A DNA stretch of 50,716 bases from assembly GCA_013416795.1 (NCBI GenBank), contig RQSC01000028.1, positions 887,885 to 938,600 on the forward strand. The letters are read 5' to 3'. The translations under genes and the position numbers were made by a program. Below the pieces are notes generated by a model that worked only from the letters and a program-made list of their open reading frames with translations, had not been told where the DNA came from and searched no databases. Numbering within the stretch: the stretch's first letter is position 1; every line of letters begins with the position of its first letter. Below are positions 1-9,859 of this stretch, in pieces. Origin of the DNA: Prasinococcaceae sp. CCMP 1430 (lineage: Eukaryota; Plantae; Prasinodermophyta).

Positions 1-156
1 GCCGGAACCCGCGCGGGCGCGCGGCATCCGCGCGGCGGGGCCGGCGCCCCGGCGCGAGCCGCGCTCAGTAACCGAATTCGACTCGATGTGTGTGTGTCAC
101 TCTCACGGGGTATGGTACAAGTAGCGTAGCTAGCAGCCCAGCACTCGACGCCCAGG

Positions 157-1125
157 CTACCGTCCCGGGCCGCCTTCTGTCGGGGCGGCGTCAGCGTCCA
201 TGGAGCTGCGCACCGTCATGTAGAGTCCCGACGCGTCCTTGCCGCCTCTGGAGAAGTACAGCAGCCACACGGTCTTGCCGAAGGGGATGGCGAGCGCGAA
301 AATCAGGAAGAGCATGTCGACGAGGGTGCTGAAGGAGGTGAGGCCGCTGGGCAGGTCATTGAACGCCAGCGCGTCGGCGTCGACCGTTTTGGTGGCGCCC
401 ACCAGCTGGTAGGTGGCGCCGTCCACCACGGGGAACTTGGTCCAGCAGTAGATGCAGTAGGCGATCTTGTAGGCGCAGATGGCGACGAGCGCCGCGCAGT
501 AGGCGTACGCCGAGCGCTGCGCCCAGGCGGGCATGCCGCAGCGCCTCCAGTAGCCCGTCGCGACGCCGTGCACCGTCGCCGAGACGGCCAGCGAGCAGAG
601 CGCCATCTGCAGCACGAAGAAGGGACAGGTGTGCAGGATCATGAGCCCGAGCTCCTCGCGCGCGTTGTGCGTGTCGTACTTGAGCGCGAAGATGAGCGAG
701 AAGACGATAGCGCCGGCGAGCGTGAAGCGCACGAGCGCCGAGAGCGCGGTGGCCATCCGCGGCGTCATGCGCCCCGCCGCCACGTCGGTGCGGTAGCGCA
801 GCAGCGAGGCCTGCAGGAAGTCGACGAAGAGCACCAGCTCGGCCGCCCACAGCACCGGCAGCACGTACGTCGCCGGCGCGTAGTCGAAATACACGCACAC
901 GTTGTTGTAGCCGTACATGCGCTTCAGCAGCGTCGTCTCCATGTCGACGTCGCCGGCCGCCTTGGTGAGCACCACGCCGCAGAGCACCACGCCCACGAAG
1001 CCCAGGTATGAAAACAGCCGCAGCCGCTCCTCGTTGACACGCACATGGACCGCGGCCGCCGCGGAGCCTGGGCCCCCTGCCGCCGACGGGGCCGCCGCCT
1101 CAAGGTCGCCCTGCTGCACCTTCAT
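157..1125 (-). CDS. Uncharacterised multi-pass (about 6 TM) membrane protein, 322 aa; possibly Frag1/DRAM/Sfk1-like
   Basis: Open frame from ATG 1125 with strong GC3 codon bias and six hydrophobic segments. YGYNNVCVYFD loop after TM1 and a His in TM4 (LHTCPF). Family assignment is inference; the 5' region runs into the gap. Confidence 0.75.
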   Translation of the reverse strand: MKVQQGDLEAAAPSAAGGPGSAAAAVHVRVNEERLRLFSYLGFVGVVLCGVVLTKAAGDVDMETTLLKRMYGYNNVCVYFDYAPATYVLPVLWAAELVLFVDFLQASLLRYRTDVAAGRMTPRMATALSALVRFTLAGAIVFSLIFALKYDTHNAREELGLMILHTCPFFVLQMALCSLAVSATVHGVATGYWRRCGMPAWAQRSAYAYCAALVAICAYKIAYCIYCWTKFPVVDGATYQLVGATKTVDADALAFNDLPSGLTSFSTLVDMLFLIFALAIPFGKTVWLLYFSRGGKDASGLYMTVRSSMDADAAPTEGGPGR

Positions 1126-1160
1126 GGCCGTGCGCGGGACAGGGGCGCTTGGGGGGGGGG

Positions 1161-1757
1161 NNNNNNNNNNNNNNNNNNNNNNNNNNNNNNNNNNNNNNNN
1201 NNNNNNNNNNNNNNNNNNNNNNNNNNNNNNNNNNNNNNNNNNNNNNNNNNNNNNNNNNNNNNNNNNNNNNNNNNNNNNNNNNNNNNNNNNNNNNNNNNNN
1301 NNNNNNNNNNNNNNNNNNNNNNNNNNNNNNNNNNNNNNNNNNNNNNNNNNNNNNNNNNNNNNNNNNNNNNNNNNNNNNNNNNNNNNNNNNNNNNNNNNNN
1401 NNNNNNNNNNNNNNNNNNNNNNNNNNNNNNNNNNNNNNNNNNNNNNNNNNNNNNNNNNNNNNNNNNNNNNNNNNNNNNNNNNNNNNNNNNNNNNNNNNNN
1501 NNNNNNNNNNNNNNNNNNNNNNNNNNNNNNNNNNNNNNNNNNNNNNNNNNNNNNNNNNNNNNNNNNNNNNNNNNNNNNNNNNNNNNNNNNNNNNNNNNNN
1601 NNNNNNNNNNNNNNNNNNNNNNNNNNNNNNNNNNNNNNNNNNNNNNNNNNNNNNNNNNNNNNNNNNNNNNNNNNNNNNNNNNNNNNNNNNNNNNNNNNNN
1701 NNNNNNNNNNNNNNNNNNNNNNNNNNNNNNNNNNNNNNNNNNNNNNNNNNNNNNNNN
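1161..1757. other. Assembly gap (N run)
   Basis: Run of N flanked by a poly-G tract and GC-rich sequence. Confidence 0.99.
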
Positions 1758-3374
1758 CCCACCAGCCAGCTGGCTGCAGCGCCGCCCAGCAGCGCCCAAC
1801 CCGCCCCGCCCCGCCCCGCCGCGCGGCGCGCCCCGAGATTCCGCCCGCGCGCCCGGGGGAAAAGCGCATCCCTTCGCCCCGCTTTCGGACGCCGTTGTGG
1901 ATCGGGCGCGCGATGTCGCGCGCGATCCGAAACGCGATTTTCGCAGATATTTAATTGAAGGTCCACGCCGAAATCGCAGAACCGATCCAACCGCCTGAAG
2001 CCGAACACATCAAAAACCATCACGATTTTTTTGGACCGCATGTCGCGCATCTGTCGGCGGTTTGCTCCCGCGCCCCACCCCCGCGACCGCTCGCGTCCGC
2101 TGACGATATCGCGTACGGCGCTGCGCACGTCGGATACTTTCGCTGCGTGCCGGCGCGCGGGACACGCGCGCGCGCGCGAGGGCAATGGTGGGCTGCACTG
2201 TGCCGAGTACAAGCTTGAAAAGGAGCTTCTGCCTTATTATGAGTGACAGATGTGCTGGATGTTGATGGCCATGAAGGCTGCGGTTCGATCGAGTGCTTTC
2301 CCGGTCCCCCGGCTGCCAATCGCGCGGAGTGGATGCGCGCGTTCGCATGTGACGTGTGTGTGGGGATGTTTGGGGTAAGTGAAAGTGACGTGTTATATGT
2401 AGGTCAGGATGGGAGCGCGGGTTTGACGTTGTGAGCGCGGCTGGTTCCGTCCTTCCCATCGCGCCGAATGGATGAGCATTGACATTGAAGGAGGGATAAT
2501 TGAACACATTCGGGGAAATGAGTTCACGTGTGACATGTACATACAACTTCTTGGCACGGAGCGCGCCGCTGTCTGTCTGTCGTGCGCCGCGCTGTGCTGG
2601 GGTGCTGCGCCGCGCTGTCTGTCTGTGCTGGGGTGCTGCGCCGACGAGGCCGGCGCGGGGGCGCGCGCCGCCGACAAGCAGGGGGACGAACCCATCCCAT
2701 CCCGTCCCATCCCACACATGCCGTCCGCGGCGGTACGGACGGTGCCGGGCCGACGGGTTGGGCCTGGCTGAGGGCCAGCGCGCCTTCACTGCACGAATGA
2801 AGGCCCGCCGGGAAGCCCTACTGTAGTAGTGTGTCGACCCTGACAAAGCGTTTGGCTCGTCGGGTTTTGCACGGGCGGACTGCGGCCAGCCGGGACGCGG
2901 CCACGGCAGCCGAGGAGGCCACGACGACGAGTCCTCGCATGGGGGGACGTCCGGATGTGGCGGACGGAGCCGTCGCGCGCAGGGAGAGAGCAGCGAGAGG
3001 GCGCGGGCGCACGCGCGCACGAAGGCGGCGCGGCGCGGGCGCGCGAGCAGGCAGGCGGTCGAGCGGCGAGCACACGCCAGCCTCGTCGCCAGGTCTCTAC
3101 CTAGTTATATGCACTTCCGCTTCCGGTTCCGTCCCGCGCGCGCCGGCCCCGGCCGGACGCGCGCGGCCCCGCAGGCGCGCGGCGCGTGGGCAGCCCCGTC
3201 GAGCGGCGTAACGAATGGCGCCCGGGGTGCGGGCTTACTTACATTGCGTGCGAGGCCCACGCGGCGCGTATGAGTACAGGCAGGCGGCCGGCGACGCGCA
3301 CCTCGGGCGCGAATTGCCGCGCGGCCGCGCGCACGGAGGTGCGCGCGCAGGCTGCGCCTCGACCCCTCCCCACC

Positions 3375-4715
3375 TCACTTGCCGCCGCCGAACATCGACT
3401 TGAGCATCTTGATGGCGCCGGCGTTGATGATGGGCTCGTCGTACATGTCCATCACCTTGTCGAAGTTGGGCGACTCGCGCACGCCCGCCAGGTTGGGGTC
3501 CGACCGCACCTTCTTGTAGTCCTCGAAGCCCGCGTCGAAGGCGTTCCTGAGCGCCTCGAGGCCGGGCTCGGGCTCGCCCAGCTTGCCAAAGCAGCACGCG
3601 GCGTTGTAGCAGGCGAGCTTGTACTCCAGGGTGTAGCGCGAGAAGTCGTCGCCCATGTAGTTGGGCGGCTCCGTGCCGCGCACGTCCTCGAACTTCTCCA
3701 GCGAGGCGCGGTACTCGCCCGCCCTGAACATGTCCAGCGCCTCGTTGAACATCGCGGCGCGCTCCTTCTCCAGCTCCTTCGCGCGCTGGTAGTTCTTCAG
3801 CTGCAGCTCCTTGGTGCCGTCGCCGTAGTTGCCCGAGTTACGCTCGGTCATGTGCGCGGAGGACTCCGAGAAGTCCTCGATGGCGGAGAGGTCGCCGTTG
3901 CACTTCTTGAGCTGCAGGTACACGCTGCCGTTGCGCGTCTTCATCGCGAACATGACCTGTTGACGCGCGCGCGGTGCGGTCGTTCACGAATGGAGAGCGG
4001 GGGTCGTCAGAGGCGAGGCAGCGTGGGGTGGCGGGCGTCGAGCGAACAGCGCTGACGCCCCGCGGGCGCCCACTAGGAGCACCGCGGCCGCCGCGACTCG
4101 GCGCGCCCCGGGCGAGGGCGCGCGCGTGCACTGCAGCGTGCCGGTGGCCCTCGCACGGACACGCGCGCGCGCGCGCGCGACACGCGCGCGCGGCTCGTAC
4201 CTGGCCGTAGTTCTCGGCGGGCCACACTTCCTCGCCGAAGGAAGCCGAGATCTGCACCACCTTGTCGCCGACCGCGAAGTCCTCCAGGTCGCTGCGCGGC
4301 GAGGGGATCAATTCCTGCGAGAGGCACGAGCCAGCCAGCGGTCGAGAGGCGAGCGCGAAGGTCGGGCGCGGCCATGTGCGGAGGCGTGCGAGCGTCCGGC
4401 CGTGCGCGATCAGGCGCGCGTGGAGCGGTCGCCCACCACGGTCAGCGCGCGCCCTCGCCCTCCCGCGGTCGCACGAGCTCTCGGCGCCGCGCTTGCAGCA
4501 GAAGAGAGCGCGGAGGGGTGGGGAGGGGAAGGGAGGCGCGGCTGGCCGCGGCGCAGCGCGCGCGTCGCTCACCTTGATGTAGCACCCCCCGTCGTTGCCG
4601 CGGCAGAACTTGAGCGGAATGGGCTTCTCGAACTCCACCTCGTACAGCTCCTCGTCCACCTTGACGGCGACGTCGAGCTCAGCGCGCGCCGCCGCGCGCC
4701 GCGGCGCCGCGCGGC
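3375..4715 (-). CDS. MET1: Chloroplast PDZ+TPR protein of the MET1/ZKT type; 5' end lies in the gap. Exons: (gap)-4573, 4314-4201, 3956-3375
   Basis: Spliced product reads EVEFEKPIPLKFCRGNDGGCYIK|ELIPSPRSDLEDFAVGDKVVQISASFGEEVWPAENYGQ|VMFAMKTRNGSVYLQL...YNAACCFGKLGEPEPGLEALRNAFDAGFEDYKKVRSDPNL. Both introns are phase-0 GT-AG. Confidence 0.88.
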
Positions 4716-4914
4716 NNNNNNNNNNNNNNNNNNNNNNNNNNNNNNNNNNNNNNNNNNNNNNNNNNNNNNNNNNNNNNNNNNNNNNNNNNNNNNNNNNNNN
4801 NNNNNNNNNNNNNNNNNNNNNNNNNNNNNNNNNNNNNNNNNNNNNNNNNNNNNNNNNNNNNNNNNNNNNNNNNNNNNNNNNNNNNNNNNNNNNNNNNNNN
4901 NNNNNNNNNNNNNN
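4716..4914. other. Assembly gap (N run) covering the MET1 start and transit peptide
   Basis: Run of N. Confidence 0.99.
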
Positions 4915-4939
4915 CGCGGCGCGCGCGCGCCGCGCGGCA

Positions 4940-5430
4940 CGCGCAACCTAAACCCCCCCTCCCGTCCGGCGCTCGTCACGAAGCATCCCAAACGCGAGCC
5001 TCTCGAACCCTCACGTCTAAAACCCTTATTGCCGCGCGCGCGCGCGCGCGCCGCGCGCCGCGCGCGATCCACCCCGAACGCCCGCGGTTCGGCGCCGCGA
5101 TTCGGATTCTCGCATTCGGAGTGACGTAAAAAAAAACGGAATGGAAGCGCGAAACAACGGTGTTGCCGGTGGGCACGTCGGGTGACGTGGATGGACGTGA
5201 GCGCGCGCAGCGCCCTCCCCACTTCTTCTCCAACATTTCAGGAGCTCGCAATCCGTGGTGTGTGGTCTTTCTGAATTCGATTACTGATGGGCGAAATTCC
5301 GTCGATTTACGCACCCAGGCGCGTGGCGCGCGCGCGCGCCGCGCGGCCGCCGCGCCATTTTTTTGCGGCGGTATTTGGGGGGTATTTTCAGCTGTAAATC
5401 GACCTTTATTTCGGAGGAGAAAAATCGGAT
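4940..5430. promoter_or_regulatory. AT-richer intergenic island upstream of MET1 with telo-box-like AAACCCT and GTGACGT motifs
   Basis: AAAACCCT at 5019-5026; GTGACGT near 5120 and 5182; poly-A/T runs bounded by (GC)n runs. Confidence 0.5.
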
Positions 5431-5492
5431 AAGGCCGCGAGGGCGGGGCGGCGAGGGCGGGCGGGCCGCCGTCAGGCCGCCCTCCTCTCCCT

Positions 5493-5555
5493 CTAGATGC
5501 CCTTCTTGAGCGCCTTCTCGGCCGCTGCAGTGTACATGACGAGGTTGTCCATGTC
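5493..5555 (-). CDS. Small terminal exon (DMDNLVMYTAAAEKALKKGI*) of an unresolved gene
   Basis: CAG acceptor at 5558-5556, GCTGAC branch about 50 nt upstream, almost all codons ending in G/C, TAG at 5495-5493. No phase-compatible local upstream exon was found. Confidence 0.5.
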   Translation of the reverse strand, partial: DMDNLVMYTAAAEKALKKGI

Positions 5556-6239
5556 CTGGGTCGCGCGCGAGCAAACGCGCGCGCGCGCGCGCGAACGGGC
5601 GGCGTCAGCCTGGCGCTCCCATGCGGCGCGCGGAGCACCTGCGAAGGAGCACACCGCTCGGCGCGCGGACGCCGGCGCGCAGCGCCGCCCGCGAGCAGCA
5701 CGCCATCGCCGCGGGGGGGGGAAGGAAGCGACGGGGAGTCCCTACGCGCGGTGCGGGCGAGCTCGTGCTCGCCTTGTGCCACGCTCGGCGCGGCGCCGCT
5801 GTCCGAGTCCCGCCCTGACCCCCCACCCCACCCCCTGGCCGGGCGGCGCCGCCGCCGCGCCGCGCGTGCGCGCACCACCACAGCCTGACTTTGCGGAACG
5901 CGCGGCGCTCAAGCACCTCCAGCCGCGAAACGCGCCCCATGCACAGAGCTCGCCCGTGTGTACATTAACACTACAGATACATATACATTCACGAGATAGT
6001 CCGCGGCGAGGCGGAGAAAACAAGCGGAAGCGCGCGCGCGAAATGCGCGCGCGCCCCTGCTCCGGGCGCGCGCGGCCCCGCGCCGCGCGCGCATGCGAAC
6101 GATGCAGGCGCGCCGCGGACAAGAGGCGCCCGTGGGTGATGTTGACACGAATTCGAGACCAGCGACGCGCGTGCGGCCCCCGCGGGCGCTGACTCAGCGG
6201 GGCTGTGCGCGCGCGCGCGCGCGGCCGTGTCATTTTGAG

Positions 6240-6300
6240 AACCAAAATGATACATATAAATGCATTAAACGCGAACCCTAAAACCCTAATGTCGCAGCCA
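6240..6300. promoter_or_regulatory. Telomere-like (telo-box) tandem AACCCTAAAACCCTAA in an AT-rich island
   Basis: Motif at 6274-6289, seen directly. Confidence 0.6.
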
Positions 6301-6872
6301 AAAACAACAAAAAGATTTGAGGGTCCCCCTCCACGCATTCTGACCTATCAATTCTTTTTGTTTTTGACGCTATTATCGGTGTTTTGAACGCGGGGTCGGG
6401 GCGGCACCGCCCCATCACTTTGCACGCGGGGTGTGGAGGCGGTTCGGGTGGGAAACTGACGCGACGGCCACAGACGGCGCCGTACGCAAGTCTCGATGAG
6501 TAGCGTGGTTAAAAGCTGGGCGCCCCGGCCGAGCGGCGCGCGCTGGAACGATTTTTGGCCGAGCGCGAATCCGCCTGGCGACCCGTGCGATACTTTGGGA
6601 GACCTCGGCGTCATTTCGAACGCGGGGTGCAGAAATGTTTAGGGTATAGGGTTCACGAAATGGCACTGAAAAAAAGTGTGCGGCTGTTGGCTGTTGGCAC
6701 AGAGCGCGCGCGCGCGACGCCCGGCCCGCCCCCTTCCTCGGCCCGGGACCCTCGCGCCCGCGCGACGCGAGCTGCCTCGGTGGTGGAGAGCGGGGGGTGC
6801 GGGGTGGGCGCCAGGTGAGGGATCGGGCTGCGCCCGGGCCGCGGCGCGCGGCGCGCGAGGTCGGCGGNACAG

Positions 6873-7289
6873 GAGGCATCCGCGGGGCCATCGGAGAAGG
6901 ACCCATTTAAGACTGCCGATGACGCCTTCGGCGGCTTCGGCGGCGCTGTGGGTGCCCCCCCTTCAGGTGACGCCTTTAGTGCATTCGATGCCACCATCGC
7001 GGGTGCATCGGGCGCCAGCTCTTCCCAAGGCTCCCTTGCTGCGACAAGCCAAGCCAAGGTCGACCCATTCGCCCATGCGGAGCCTGCGCCGCAAGAAGAG
7101 ACGCGCGGGCGCGCACGGTTGCGCGCGACACCGCCATCAGGGGCGCTGTGCAGCGCGAGGCGGCCGCCATTGCGACGCGTGGGGGTCGCGACAGGGCGCG
7201 GTGTGGCCACGCTGTGGCGCGGCGCCATCAGCAATGCCGGCGACGAAAAAAAGAAACAGGGTTGCTGCGCATTTAGGGTCGTACGATAG
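6873..7289 (+). CDS. 3' exon of a low-complexity protein with DPF/FGGF/DAFSAF motifs and a KKKQGCC end; upstream exons missing
   Basis: ACAG acceptor directly after the single N at 6868; frame reads EASAGPSEKDPFKTADDAFGGF...VDPF...KKKQGCCAFRVVR*. Confidence 0.5.
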   Translation, partial: EASAGPSEKDPFKTADDAFGGFGGAVGAPPSGDAFSAFDATIAGASGASSSQGSLAATSQAKVDPFAHAEPAPQEETRGRARLRATPPSGALCSARRPPLRRVGVATGRGVATLWRGAISNAGDEKKKQGCCAFRVVR

Positions 7290-7618
7290 GGTTTGAACTC
7301 CAGCCCTTCTCGGGCAGCTGTCGAGGAGTCCAGCTGTCGTGCGCCGTGTCCTGTCCGCGTGCATGTGCATGCTTCCGTCGCGCCGCTCCGTGCCCGTCTT
7401 CGAGCGCTCCCGCGCGCTCCCGCCTGTACACGAGCAGGACCTCGGAACGAGCACGCGGTGCGCAGCGCGCCCTGACCCTCCCAGAAAACGCTTGGCTCCC
7501 CGATAGGGCGCCGGGGCGTGCCAACGTTCCCACCGCAGAGCTCCTTCCTTCTGCACCGACGCGTGGCGCATTCCCATCACGTGGGACCTTCTGCACACGT
7601 ATTATCCTTTATTACTTA

Positions 7619-8565
7619 TTACCGGCGGGCGGACCTGAGAGACTTGCGCGCCGCCTTCTTCTTGGCGGCCTCGCCGACCGCGCTGGAGTACGTGCTAGCA
7701 CAGTCGTACCACGCGTCCGTCCTCGCCACCGACGCGCGCATCAACGCCTTGAGAATGCCGCGCGAGCCGCGCGTCGTGGGTGTCACCCGGTGCAGAGCGC
7801 CGCCCGCGCGCAGCACGAGCAGAGAGTTGGGCTCCATGTGCTGTGTGTGCGTTTTGCCGTCAGGTGTCACCCACTGCGTCGTCGCGTCGCTGTCGTTGCT
7901 CAGAGTGTACACGAGCTCGTACTGCGGGCGAGGAGAGTACAGCACCGTGTCGACGTGCCAGTCCATCTCTGCGCCCGGCGTGTAAAGCCGGTACTCAACT
8001 GGGAAGTCGCCATGGAACACCGGCTCGCCTGCGACAGCGCGAGCGAGAGGAGCGTCAGCCGCGCGTCTGGGCGCAAGCGATGGCGAAGCGATGCAAACGA
8101 CCTGCCACCGGTTGGCTCGGGAGGCGGCACTGGGCTGTGAAGCGCGCCCACGCGCGGTGCGAACGCACCTACGAGGTTGGAGACGAACAACAGGCTCTCC
8201 TCGCACATGAGCGCCGCGTGCGCCTCGGTTGTCGGCCCGAGGTGTCTGCCCCTTCTGCCGATCGCGACCGACCCTTTCTCCTGCTTGCACGAGGCCCGCC
8301 ACGCGGGCTCGCAGCGCTCAGCGAGCTCCTCGAACACCTGGCGCGGCAGGAAGTCGCGCACGTAGCCCACCCCACCGTTGAGCGCGAACTGCGCGCGCGT
8401 GCAGCCGCTCGGCGCGCGACCCAGCATGGCCGCGCACTCGCCTGTCATGTACGCGCGCGCGCACTGCCGCCTTGCTACCGGGCGCGCCGCCCGCCGCACA
8501 GCAGGACGGCCGCGCGCCGGGGCGCCCACCGCTGCCGTCGCCGCAGGCGCGCACGCGCACACCAT
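7619..8565 (-). CDS. 2-oxoglutarate/Fe(II)-dependent oxygenase with a probable organelle transit peptide; intron 8168-8029
   Basis: WHVD...LHRV...RGILK gives the HxD...H...R/K set. The phase-1 GT-AG intron with GCTGAC branch joins SNLV-G-EPVFH. Start ATG is uncertain. Confidence 0.8.
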
Positions 8566-9349
8566 GGGCTGCTCCAGCCGACTTCCCCAACCCCAGTTCT
8601 CCCCCCTTCCCCTCCTCCCCAACCTCCTGATCAGCCCTCACTCACTCGGCCACGCCTCGACCCTGCTCACCCGCCCCGCAGCTGGCCCTGCCCCACACGT
8701 GGGTGCCTACGGGCGCGCACAGGAGCGCGCGCGGCCGCGCTCCGCCTCCGCCGTGCTCCTCGCCCGCCGCGTNGGAGGTGCCGTGTGAGTGGTCGGATGA
8801 GTGCGCCCGCCGGCCGCCAGTCCACACAGGTCCCGACGTTACGCCAGTCGCCAGCCAGTGCCACTCAGCGCCCACTCATTGATTGCGATACGCATCGGTG
8901 ATTTCCAGTACAGTACCTAGGTACTGTACGTTCGCACGGGTAAAGGGGTTATATAGGTTTTGTGTATTTGCGCGTCGAACGCGGCTGCGCGTCCGGGAGC
9001 GGGAGATGGGGAAGACTCGCTCGTCAGTCGACGCCCATGCTGCGCCGTAGGTTGGGCGGTTGGAGCGCATCTCGAGTTCTCGACCAACAGCGTGGCTCAT
9101 GAGTCCCAAGAGCGTCGCAAAGGCCGCCCGTGGACACCCTCCCGCGTGAGCTCGAGGGACAGCTGGAGAACAGACAGGGTGTATATAGCCGGCTAGCTGA
9201 TGCACGCCGACGCGCGACGCCAGGGCGCTCTTCGTTGATGAGAGATAGAGAGAGAGACGGGTCGGTAACAAAGCGCGTGGATCATACAGAGCGCGTGTCA
9301 AATCTCTTGGGGCGCAGGGCGCGGGGCGCGGCCGGGGCCGGGGGGCGCC

Positions 9350-9802
9350 ATGCCGCCAAAGAAGCCGTACGAGCCCAAGTACCGCTCCGCGCCGTTCGCC
9401 TTCCTGATCACGCTGCTGCGCGAGGAGCGCAAGGGCAACGAGCAGCTCAGCAAGACGGAGCTCATCTCGAAGACGGACGCCTCGGGCCTGTCCGACACGC
9501 CCATCTCGGACGTGCAGGCGACGGCGCGCGGCCCCTCGGGCGGACGAGCGTACGGGCGGTTGGGGGGATTCGGCCGCGGAGGGGGCAGGGGCAGCTTTCA
9601 GCCGTCGTACTCCGGCTGGGATGCGGTCAACAAGACGCTCATTCCCAAAGGCCTTGTCGCCAAGTACTCCAACCCGGCAAAGTACGAGCTGCTCTCGCAG
9701 GGGCGCAAGCTCGCACAGGAACTCGAGAGGAAGCTGGAGGAGAGCGGCATGGGCCCGACCGGCAGTGGAGGCGCCGGTGCGTCGCTGCCGCAATCGCAGC
9801 AC

Positions 9803-9859
<57 letters not shown>

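Noticed and set aside
157-1125. Membrane protein as a possible rhodopsin
   Set aside because: About six TMs, and no DxxxK or SxxxK retinal-binding motif in the last helix.
1100-1998. ORFs spanning the N gaps (also across 4716-4914 and 27620-28050)
   Set aside because: Artefacts of translating N as X. The gaps fall on extremely GC-rich 5' ends, which is a sequencing bias.
2420-2545. AT-rich segment as a possible C/D snoRNA
   Set aside because: No proper RTGATGA C box paired with a CTGA D box or terminal stem.
2010-3075. Possible small minus-strand gene with a transit-peptide-like start and a short tandem duplication at 2590-2643
   Set aside because: No frame gives a recognisable protein or a consistent exon chain; not supportable.
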